Source: Vicinamibacteria bacterium
Lineage (GTDB): Bacteria > Acidobacteriota > Vicinamibacteria > Fen-336
Assembly: GCA_050246895.1 (NCBI GenBank)
Contig: JBFWVE010000001.1
Span: 826,722-890,721, forward strand
Direction of reading: 5' to 3'
DNA: 64,000 nt
Part shown: positions 23,055 to 31,275 of the stretch, piece by piece
Numbering within the stretch: the first letter of the stretch is position 1
Layout of the letters: each line of letters starts with the position of its first letter
Notes under the pieces: model-generated
What the model saw: the letters and a program-made list of their open reading frames with translations, nothing else
Database searches by the model: none
Told to the model about the DNA's origin: nothing
Program-made: the position numbers and the translations under genes

Positions 23055-23843
23055 ATGCCCGAGGGCGACACGATCTGGCGGACGGCCCGCGCGCTCGACA
23101 CGGCGCTCGCCGGCCGGCGCGTGAAGCGGCTCGAGACCTCGCGTCCCAACCTGCTCGCTCGCTCGCCGTCGCTGACGGGCCGTCTCGTGCTCGGCGCCGA
23201 GGCGATCGGCAAGCACCTGTTGCTGTCCTTCGAGGGCGGGCTCGCGCTGCATACGCACCTCGGAATGCGCGGCGCCTGGTACGTGCGTCACGCCGCGGGC
23301 GCGGCGCGCCGCCCGGAAGCCGGCTCCGCGCTGCGGCTCGACGCCGAGGACGTGATCGCCATTTGCGCGCGTCCGCTGCTGGCGGAGCTGCTGACCGACG
23401 CGGAGCTTCGGCGCAACCAGGCGCTGCGCCGCCTGGGACCGGACGCGGCGCGCGAGGGCTTCGACCGGCGCGAGGCGCTCGCGCGCCTGCGCGCGCAAGC
23501 CGACCGCGAGATCGGCGTGGCGCTCGTCGACCAGTCGGTGCTGGCGGGCGTCGGCAACGTGTACAAGTCCGAGCTGCTCTTCCGCGCGGGCCTCGACCCG
23601 AGGGCGAGGGTGGGGGATCTCGACGACGGCGCACTCGACGCGCTGCTGGCCGACGCCTCGCGCCTGCTGCGCGCGAACCTGGAGCGCGGCGTGCGCCGCA
23701 CCAGCTCGCGCCTGAGCGGCAGCGCGCTCGCCGTTTACGGCCGCCCCGGCCGTGCCTGCCCTCGCTGCGGCACCACGCTGCGCCGCCTGCGCCAGGGCGC
23801 CGCCCGCCGCTTCACCGACTACTGCCCGTCCTGCCAGCGTTAG
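23055..23843 (+). CDS. Fpg/Nei-family DNA glycosylase/AP lyase (endonuclease VIII-like)
   Basis: Has the N-terminal MPEGDT catalytic Pro2/Glu3, a helix-two-turn-helix, and a C-terminal zinc finger CPRCGTTLRR...YCPSCQ. It sits immediately after lhr. Confidence 0.85.
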   Translation: MPEGDTIWRTARALDTALAGRRVKRLETSRPNLLARSPSLTGRLVLGAEAIGKHLLLSFEGGLALHTHLGMRGAWYVRHAAGAARRPEAGSALRLDAEDVIAICARPLLAELLTDAELRRNQALRRLGPDAAREGFDRREALARLRAQADREIGVALVDQSVLAGVGNVYKSELLFRAGLDPRARVGDLDDGALDALLADASRLLRANLERGVRRTSSRLSGSALAVYGRPGRACPRCGTTLRRLRQGAARRFTDYCPSCQR

Positions 23844-23909
23844 GCAGAGACCCGGGGCCGCCCGGCCCCGCGCGGCAGACGAGCGACGACGCTCCGCGAC
23901 GGCGGCGCG

Positions 23910-24974
23910 TCAGGCCCGCAGCAGCACGGCGCCCCAGTGCAGGCCGCCGCCGATGGCGACCATCAACACGAGCTGCCCGGGCTTGATGCGGCCCTCGCGC
24001 ACGCACTCGTCCCAGAGCAGGGGAATCGTGGCGGCGGTGGTGTTGCCGTACTTCTGGATGTTGCTGTAGACCTTCTCGTCGGGCAGGCCCAGCGACTTCT
24101 GCACGTAGCTGTTGATGCGCAGGTTGGCCTGGTGCATCAGCACCATGTCCACGTCGCCGAGGCTGTAGCCGTTGCGCTTCAGCAGCTCCTGTGACACCTC
24201 GGCCATGTGGATGGTCGCCAGCTTGAAGACCGCGCGCCCCTCGACGATCGGGATGTGGTCGCCGCGGTCGAGCTGCGCCTTGTCCACGTACGGCATGTGC
24301 TTGAAGCCGACGCCCGGCACGTAGAGCCGCTGATACTCGCGCCCGTCCGTGCGCAGGATCGAGTCGATCACGCCGCGCCCGTCGCCCTCCTGCGCCTTCA
24401 CGACCACGGCGCCCGCGCCGTCGCCGAACAGCACGATGCGGTCGCGCAGGGTCGTGTTGAAGGCGTAGTCCTCTGCGGAGACGGGCTCCTCGCGCCGCCC
24501 GTAGATGCGGTCCCAGCTCGCCTGCGAGTACGGCATGAAGCCCGCGTGGATCTCGGCGCCGATCAGCAGCACCGTCTTCGCGAAGCCCGCCCGGATCTGC
24601 GCGTCCACCAGCTGCATGCCGTAGACGAAGCCGACGCACTGCTGGCGGATGTCGAAGCACGGCGCGTTCTGGATCTCGAGCTTGGCCTGGACGATGCCCC
24701 CGATGCCGGGGAAGTAGTGGTCCGGCGTCATCGTGGCGCAGACGACGAGATCGACCTCGTCCTTGGAGACGCCCGCCGCCTCGAGCGCCTTGCGCGCCGC
24801 CGCGGCGCCCAGGTCGGAGGTCGCGGTGCCAGGCGTGATGTAGTACCGCGTCTCGATGCCGCTGCGCTCGCGGATCCACTCGTCGCTCGTGTCCATCACG
24901 CGCGCGAGCATCTCGTTGGTCACGCAGTTGGGCGGGATCTCGCGGCCACTGCCGACGATCACGGAGCGCGGCAT
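23910..24974 (-). CDS. fabH: 3-oxoacyl-ACP synthase III (KAS III)
   Basis: MPRSVIVGSGREIPPNCVTNEMLARVMDTSDEWIRERSGIETR... aligns along its full length with FabH, including the Cys-His-Asn regions. Confidence 0.85.
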   Translation of the reverse strand: MPRSVIVGSGREIPPNCVTNEMLARVMDTSDEWIRERSGIETRYYITPGTATSDLGAAAARKALEAAGVSKDEVDLVVCATMTPDHYFPGIGGIVQAKLEIQNAPCFDIRQQCVGFVYGMQLVDAQIRAGFAKTVLLIGAEIHAGFMPYSQASWDRIYGRREEPVSAEDYAFNTTLRDRIVLFGDGAGAVVVKAQEGDGRGVIDSILRTDGREYQRLYVPGVGFKHMPYVDKAQLDRGDHIPIVEGRAVFKLATIHMAEVSQELLKRNGYSLGDVDMVLMHQANLRINSYVQKSLGLPDEKVYSNIQKYGNTTAATIPLLWDECVREGRIKPGQLVLMVAIGGGLHWGAVLLRA

Positions 24975-25166
24975 CTGCTCCTCCTTCGATGAAGTCCGGG
25001 GTCCCGCGCCCCCGGATCGCCCGGCGTGCCTCGGGTGCGTGCGAGTCCCGGGACCTGAGACTGAGGCCCGGGGATTCTAGACCCCTGGACACCGGGCCGG
25101 GCGCCCCAGCCGGTCCTGCCGGCCGGTCGGGTTGCCGCGGCGTGCGGCGCGGCCTATCGTGGGCCC

Positions 25167-25607
25167 ATGCTCAAAGTCGGCGACGCCGCGCCCGACTTTC
25201 CGATCGGCGAGACGACGCTGCAGCGCATCCTGAAACAGCGCGAGGTGGTGGTCTTCTTCTTCCCCAAGGCGTTCACCCCGGGCTGAACGCGCGAGGCCGG
25301 CGGGTTCCGCCGGAACTATGACGCGCTGCGCCAAGCGGGCGCCGAGGTGGTCGGCGTGTCGGCGGACAGCCAGCAGCGCAACGACGAGTTCGCGCGCTCG
25401 CTGGAGCTGCCGTATCCGCTGGTCGGCGACCCGCAAGGCCGCATCCTGGAGGCCTACAGGGCGAAGTGGCCGGTGATCGGCATGGCCCAGCGCGTGAGCT
25501 ACGTGATCGGCCGCGACGGGCGCGTGCGCGAGGCCTACCGCAGCGAGCTCGACGCCGAGTCGCACGTCGCCCAGGCCTGCTCCGTGCTGTCGACGCCCGG
25601 CAGCTAG
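25167..25607 (+). CDS. Bcp/PrxQ-type peroxiredoxin with in-frame UGA (25284-25286) at the peroxidatic-Cys position; predicted selenoprotein
   Basis: The frame reads MLKVGDAAPDFPIGETTLQRILKQREVVVFFFPKAFTPG-TGA-TREAGGFRRNYDALRQAGAEVVGVSADSQQRNDEFARSLELPYPLVGDPQG.... It is collinear with E. coli Bcp, where ...YFYPKAMTPGCTVQAC... places Cys at the TGA. Track ORF 25347..25607 is the tail of this frame. A SECIS-like hairpin follows the UGA. Confidence 0.6.
25297..25313 (+). promoter_or_regulatory. SECIS-like hairpin (CCGGCGG-GUU-CCGCCGG) starting 10 nt 3' of the UGA in the Bcp-like gene
   Basis: A perfect 7-bp stem with a G-U-U apical triloop, seen directly. Position and shape match bacterial SECIS elements. 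Confidence 0.45.
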
Positions 25608-25644
25608 CCCTCGGCCGGCCGCGCGGTGCTAGCCTTCGTGCCGC

Positions 25645-26340
25645 ATGCCGTCGGTCAGCATCGTGTTCCCGATGTACAACGAGGAGGCCTACATCCACCG
25701 CGCCGTGCGCGCGGCGCGGGCGGCGCTCGCCCCGATCACCGAGGACTGGGAGATCGTGATCGTCGACGACGCCTCGAGCGACCGCACCGGCGCGCTGGCG
25801 GACGAGCTGGCGGCCGCCGAGCCGCGCATCAAGGTGGTCCACAACGCGCGCAACCGCCAGCTCGGCGGCTCGCTGCGGGCGGGTTACGCCGTCGCCACGA
25901 AGGAGCTCGTCGTCTACACGGACGCCGACCTGCCGTTCGACCTGATGGAGCTGCCTCGCGCCGTGCGGCTGCTCGAGTACCAGGAGGCCGACGTGCTGTC
26001 GGCCTTCCGTTTCGACCGCCGCGCGGAAGGCATCCGCCGCACGGCTTACACGCTCGTCTACAACGCGCTGATCCGGACGCTGTTCGGCCTCAGCTTCAAG
26101 GACGTGAACTTCGCCTTCAAGCTCTTCCGGCGCTCGCTGCTCGAGCGCTTCGAGCTGAAGAGCGAAGGCAGCCTGATCGACGTCGAGTTCCTGGTTCGCG
26201 CCCGAAAGGCCGGCGCTCAGATCATCCAGATCGGCGTCGACTACTTCCCGCGCACGCGCGGCGTCTCGACGCTCTCCTCGCCCGCAGTGATCCTGGGGAT
26301 CCTGCGCGAGCTCGCGCAGCTCTGGCGCGAGCTGCGCTAG
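25645..26340 (+). CDS. GT2-family glycosyltransferase (polyprenol-phosphate mannose/glucose synthase-like)
   Basis: ...VFPMYNEEAYIHRAV... and ...EIVIVDDASSDRTG... give the DxD-type GT-A fold. Length is 231 aa. The stop overlaps the convergent gene's stop at a CTAG. Confidence 0.85.
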   Translation: MPSVSIVFPMYNEEAYIHRAVRAARAALAPITEDWEIVIVDDASSDRTGALADELAAAEPRIKVVHNARNRQLGGSLRAGYAVATKELVVYTDADLPFDLMELPRAVRLLEYQEADVLSAFRFDRRAEGIRRTAYTLVYNALIRTLFGLSFKDVNFAFKLFRRSLLERFELKSEGSLIDVEFLVRARKAGAQIIQIGVDYFPRTRGVSTLSSPAVILGILRELAQLWRELR

Positions 26341-26999
26341 GCCTCGGCGGCCTTCTTGACGTGCTCGAGCAGCATCGTCTCGGGGCCGGCGCCCACGAAC
26401 TCCTGCGCCTCGCCGACCACCGTCTTCGGCACGCCCGAGATGCGGTACCTGCGCGCGAGGTCGGGGTAGCCCGTGACCTCGACGCCGTCGGCCGTGACCT
26501 TGTCGCTCTCGATCGCGAACTGGATCGCCAGGCGGACCGCCCGGGGGCAGTGCGGTCAGGTCGGAGTCGAGAAGACCTGGACGTGGACGGGCTTCTCGAG
26601 CGCCGCCAGGGCTTCCTTCGTCGCCGGCTGCAGCTGGCTCTCGCCGGCCGAGACGTCGAGGATGGCGTCGATCAGCGAGCCGAACTCGTAGCCGCTCGGC
26701 ATCCCGTACATGCGGATGCCGAAGTCCTTCTCGGCGCCCAGCACCGCGATCGCGGGGATGCGCGCGATGCCCATCGCCTCGGCCTTGTCCTTGTCGAGCA
26801 CGTAGTTGTACGACTCGGCCGTGAGCTTCGGGTGCAGCGCGCCGAGCTCCTCGACCAGCCGCCGCACCTGCTCCGAGTTCGGATCCGCGAGCGTCTGCGA
26901 GAAGACGGCCAGCCGCACCGGGTTCTTCAGCGACTCGAACTCCGTCTTGAGCTGCGACGCGACGTCGTCTGAGATGAGAGCCATGCTGCGTCCTTTCAC
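26337..26999 (-). CDS. Two-thioredoxin-fold protein (PDO/AhpF-N-terminal-domain-like) with UGA (26556-26558) as first residue of a UxxC redox motif; predicted selenoprotein
   Basis: Track ORF 26556..26999 ends ...HVQVFSTPT at a TGA. The same frame continues PHCPRAVRLAIQFAIESDKVTADGVEVTGYPDLARRYRISGVPKTVVGEAQEFV... (cis-Pro 'GVPKT' of thioredoxin folds) to TAG at 26337. TPT-U-PHC-P is a textbook Sec-x-x-Cys motif. A SECIS-like hairpin follows. Confidence 0.6.
26528..26544 (-). promoter_or_regulatory. SECIS-like hairpin (CCGGGCG-GUC-CGCCUGG) starting 11-12 nt 3' of the UGA in the thioredoxin-like gene
   Basis: A 7-bp stem (one G-U pair) with a G-U-C triloop, the same architecture as the hairpin in the Bcp-like gene. 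Confidence 0.45.
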
Positions 27000-27149
27000 G
27001 AGCAGTATAGCGCCGCGCTTTCGGTCGGGCCGCCCGGCCTCAGCGCGCCCGGCCGAGGATCAGCACGCCTGCAGCGAGCGTCAGCAGCGTGACCGGAACG
27101 CCGACGCGCAGGTACTCGCCGAAGGCGGACGCCGACGGTCAGCACGCCG

Positions 27150-28382
27150 TCAGATCCAGGTGGGGAACCAGGTCCAGGGCCGGACACCGCGGCCGAAGTC
27201 GTGGAAGAACCAGCTCGCGCGGAACGGGATGCCCAGCAGCAGCGGCAGGAAGTAGACGTAGACGGCGAGCGCCAGCGCGAGGTAAGCGCGCGCCCAGCCC
27301 CGCTGCGGGCCGTCCCAGTGGCGGTCGAGCAGGGCGCCCAGGGCGAGGCAGGCGTACGGGATCGCCTCGAACAGGTAGTGCGAATAGTTGAGCGTGCGCG
27401 GCGACAGGCCCCACGGCAGGTACAGGCAGAAGAAGCCGGCGCCGCAGAAGAGCAGCGGCCCGCTGCGCTCGCGCGCGGCCAGGACGAGCGCCCAGATCGC
27501 CGCCGCCAGCGACGACCACCACAGCACCGGGTTGCCGATCGCGATGATGCCGGCGACGACTTCGCCCGTCTGCTTCCAGTAGTACCAGGTGGGCCGGTAG
27601 AGCCACGGCCAGGTGTACCAGTTGCTGAAGTAGGGATGGCTCGCCCGCAGGTTGGCGTGGTAGCCCCAGATCGCCCTGGTGTGCGGCCACAGCTCCCCGA
27701 GCGCGTGGCCCTGCCGCATCCAGGGCAGGTAGCTGGCGACGTAGAGCACGAGCGGCAGCAGGAAGAAGGCCCAGAACAGCAGCGCCAGCTCGCGCGGACG
27801 GAACAGCCGCGCGCGGCGCGTGCCCAGCATCACCAGGCCCAGGAAGCCCCAGGCCCACAGGCTGGTCCAGCGCGTCGACAGCGCGAGGCCGAGCGCCAGC
27901 CCGACCGCGCTCATGTCGAGAGTCCCGAGCCGCTCGCGTGCGGCGGCGCGCACCACCAGCAGCGCCGCCAAAAGCTGGAAGAGCACCGCGAAGATGTTGG
28001 TCATCGCGACGCGGCTCTGGACCAGGTAGACGCCGTCGCAGAGCAGCAGCGCGGAGGCCAGCAGCGCCGCGCGCTCGGTCGCGAGCACGCGGCGCGCCAG
28101 CAGGTAGAAGACGGGGGCGAGCAGGATGCCCGCGAGCGCCGGGGCCAGCCGCCAGCCCCAGGCGTCGTAGCCCAGGAAGTGGACCCCGATCGCGATCAGA
28201 AGCTTGGCGGTCGGCGGGTGCACCCACTCGGTCGGGGCCGTGCCGTTCAGGTACTCGAGCGCGGTCTTCGCGTGGTAGACCTCGTCGAAGATCTCCTCGT
28301 TCGGCAGGCCGAGGCGCGGCAGGCGGAAGGCCGCCGCCACCAGCGCCAAGAGCGAGGCGGTGCGCAGGTCGCGGGAGCTCAG
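27150..28382 (-). CDS. GT39/PMT-family protein O-mannosyltransferase-like (phospholipid-carrier-dependent glycosyltransferase)
   Basis: The first TM segment (RTASLLALVAAAFRL) is followed by the loop-1 DE motif (NEEIFDEVYHAKTALEYL), then multiple TM helices. No ATG, GTG or TTG lies in frame upstream of the first TM segment. A CTG that shares TG with the upstream gene's TGA stop (cTGA) is the best candidate start, so the start coordinate is uncertain. Confidence 0.7.
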   Translation of the reverse strand: MSSRDLRTASLLALVAAAFRLPRLGLPNEEIFDEVYHAKTALEYLNGTAPTEWVHPPTAKLLIAIGVHFLGYDAWGWRLAPALAGILLAPVFYLLARRVLATERAALLASALLLCDGVYLVQSRVAMTNIFAVLFQLLAALLVVRAAARERLGTLDMSAVGLALGLALSTRWTSLWAWGFLGLVMLGTRRARLFRPRELALLFWAFFLLPLVLYVASYLPWMRQGHALGELWPHTRAIWGYHANLRASHPYFSNWYTWPWLYRPTWYYWKQTGEVVAGIIAIGNPVLWWSSLAAAIWALVLAARERSGPLLFCGAGFFCLYLPWGLSPRTLNYSHYLFEAIPYACLALGALLDRHWDGPQRGWARAYLALALAVYVYFLPLLLGIPFRASWFFHDFGRGVRPWTWFPTWI

Positions 28383-28882
28383 GGCGTCGGACCGGGCAGC
28401 GTCTTCGTGCCGATGCGGCGTTCGACCTCCGTGGTGGCGAGCAGCACCCAGGGCGACGAGCCGGAGCGCACGTACAGCTTGATCACCGCGTCCTTGAACT
28501 GAGGATGGGCGAAGAAACTGGCGGGCTCGCCGCTCGAGTAGTAGCGGCCGTCCGATCTCAACACCACCAGCTGGCTCTGCCCCGGGGCGAGCGTCTTGCC
28601 CTTGGGCGTCAGGTCCTCCCACGCCGTGCCCCAGTCGATCTCCTCCTCGCCCTTGCGGCGGAAGGTGGCGGTCGCTTGCACCGTACGCGCCAGCTCGCTC
28701 GAGACGTTCTCGAGGCGGAAACGCAGCGCGGGGGCGATGTACTGCCGCTCGCCGACCGCGGAGTCCACCGTCCAGTAGGCCTCCAGCTCGGTGACCCGCA
28801 GCTCCTTCGCGGGGTCGGGCGTGCGGCAAGACACGCCGAGCAGGAGCGGCAGCAGCGCCGCCGCGCGCAGGGCTCGCTTCAC
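28379..28882 (-). CDS. Hypothetical secreted protein or lipoprotein (167 aa)
   Basis: A GTG start (VKRALRAAALLPLLLGVSC...) overlaps the histidine-kinase TGA stop as GTGA, and a signal peptide with a Cys follows. This is the C-terminal third of track ORF 28379..30178. Confidence 0.55.
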   Translation of the reverse strand: MKRALRAAALLPLLLGVSCRTPDPAKELRVTELEAYWTVDSAVGERQYIAPALRFRLENVSSELARTVQATATFRRKGEEEIDWGTAWEDLTPKGKTLAPGQSQLVVLRSDGRYYSSGEPASFFAHPQFKDAVIKLYVRSGSSPWVLLATTEVERRIGTKTLPGPTP

Positions 28883-30069
28883 GCGCCCGATTCTACGGAG
28901 CTTTCGGCCGCCCGCGTGCGCTCCTCGGGAGTCGCGACGAGCGGCAGCACGATCCGGAAGCAGGCGCCGGGGCCCCCCGGCAGCAGCGCGATCGAGCCGC
29001 CGTGATCCTCGACGAAGCGCCGCGCGACCGCCAGGCCGAGGCCGGTGCCGCCCTTCTTGCCGCGCGTCACGAAGGGGTCGAAGATCTGGTCGCGGATCTC
29101 GGCCGGCACGCCAGGCCCCTCGTCGCGCAGCGTGAGCACGAGCCGCGGGACGCCGCCGGCCTCGAGCGACTCGATCTCGGCGCGCAGGTGCAGCCGGCCC
29201 TTGCCGCCCATCGCGTCGCGGGCGTTCGCCGCGATGTTGCCGAGCGTGCGGTGCAGCTTGTCGACGTCGAGCGAACCCGTCGCCCCGGGGGGCAGGTGCA
29301 GGTCGCGCACGAGCTCGATGCCGGGCGTCTCCTCGGAAATCTCGAACGCCAGCAGGCCCAGCAGCTTCGCCAGGTTCAGCGAGCGGCGCACGATGCGGCC
29401 GCCCCCGCGCGCGAAGTCGAGGGTCTCGGTCGTCATCCGCTGCAGCCTGTCGACCGACTCGGTGATCAGCGCCGCGCGGGCCATCACCTCCTCGCGGGGC
29501 AGCTCGGGGTCGAGCAGCGTCTCGGCATACCCCCGGATCACGGTCATCGGGCCCCGGAAGTCGTGCACCAGCATGCCCGCCATCGTGCCGAGCGCCGTCA
29601 GGCGTTCGGAGGCGATCAGCTCGCGCTGGTAGAGGTGGTTCTCGACCGCCAGCGCACAGCGCTTCGCGAGCGCCGAGAGCTGGCGCACCTCGGACGGGCT
29701 CCACGGCGGCTCGCGGCTGCGGCGGCGCGGCCCGACGGCCAGCATGCCGATCAGGCCGCTGCGGGCGAGCAGGGGCAGCAGCGTGCCCCGGCCCTTGCCC
29801 TCGCCGCTGTCGATCAGCTCGCCCTCCGAGAGCAGGTAGCGCGCCTCGGGAGCGGCGTCGCCCGCAGCTGCGCGAGGGGTCCCGGGGGCGAGCGACTCGA
29901 ACGAATCGAGCTTGCGGTCCCAGAGCAGCAGGGTTGCGCCCAGGGCGCCGACCGCCCGGGGCAGGTCGTGCGTCAAAAGGCGCGTGAGGTCGTCGAGGTC
30001 GGGCGCCTCGAACACGCGGTCGGCGAGGCGGCGCAGGTTCATTGACACCGGAAAGCGACTGGCTATCAT
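28879..30069 (-). CDS. Cytoplasmic sensor histidine kinase with N-terminal GAF-like domain (no cognate response regulator nearby)
   Basis: Carries the H-box ...MLVHDFRGPM..., HATPase_c G1/G2 (GNIAANARDAMGG ... GGTGLGLAVAR), and a GAF-like N-terminal half. Confidence 0.85.
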   Translation of the reverse strand: MIASRFPVSMNLRRLADRVFEAPDLDDLTRLLTHDLPRAVGALGATLLLWDRKLDSFESLAPGTPRAAAGDAAPEARYLLSEGELIDSGEGKGRGTLLPLLARSGLIGMLAVGPRRRSREPPWSPSEVRQLSALAKRCALAVENHLYQRELIASERLTALGTMAGMLVHDFRGPMTVIRGYAETLLDPELPREEVMARAALITESVDRLQRMTTETLDFARGGGRIVRRSLNLAKLLGLLAFEISEETPGIELVRDLHLPPGATGSLDVDKLHRTLGNIAANARDAMGGKGRLHLRAEIESLEAGGVPRLVLTLRDEGPGVPAEIRDQIFDPFVTRGKKGGTGLGLAVARRFVEDHGGSIALLPGGPGACFRIVLPLVATPEERTRAAESSVESGA

Positions 30070-30258
30070 ACGAGCTTACGTCCCGCCGCGGCCACGAACG
30101 GGGGCAGTTGCGGCAGACGCCGGCGCCGGCATGGCGATGCCACGCCGCGCGGGCGTCCGGACGGCTAAAACGAACCAAGGGACCGACGTTCTTCTGACAA
30201 GCGGAGGCGACGCCGCGCCGTCGGGCGCGGCCGGTCTCCCAAGCGAGGCGGACGGACC

Positions 30259-31271
<1,013 letters not shown>

Positions 31272-31275
<4 letters not shown>

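Noticed and set aside
24961-25021. Apparent 1-nt register disagreement between the displayed sequence line and ORF-track coordinates (fabH start at 24974, ORF 24989)
   Set aside because: It is likely a transcription artefact confined to that line: the register agrees again at 25080 and 25347. I used ORF-track coordinates there. It does not affect the downstream selenoprotein calls.
25284-26558. Alternative reading of the two in-frame TGAs as ordinary nonsense mutations (pseudogenes)
   Set aside because: Both TGAs fall exactly on catalytic Cys codons, the downstream frames stay intact and conserved, and both are followed at the same distance by near-identical GC hairpins with G-U triloops. 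I keep the selenoprotein interpretation, but at moderate confidence because no Sec machinery is visible in this window.
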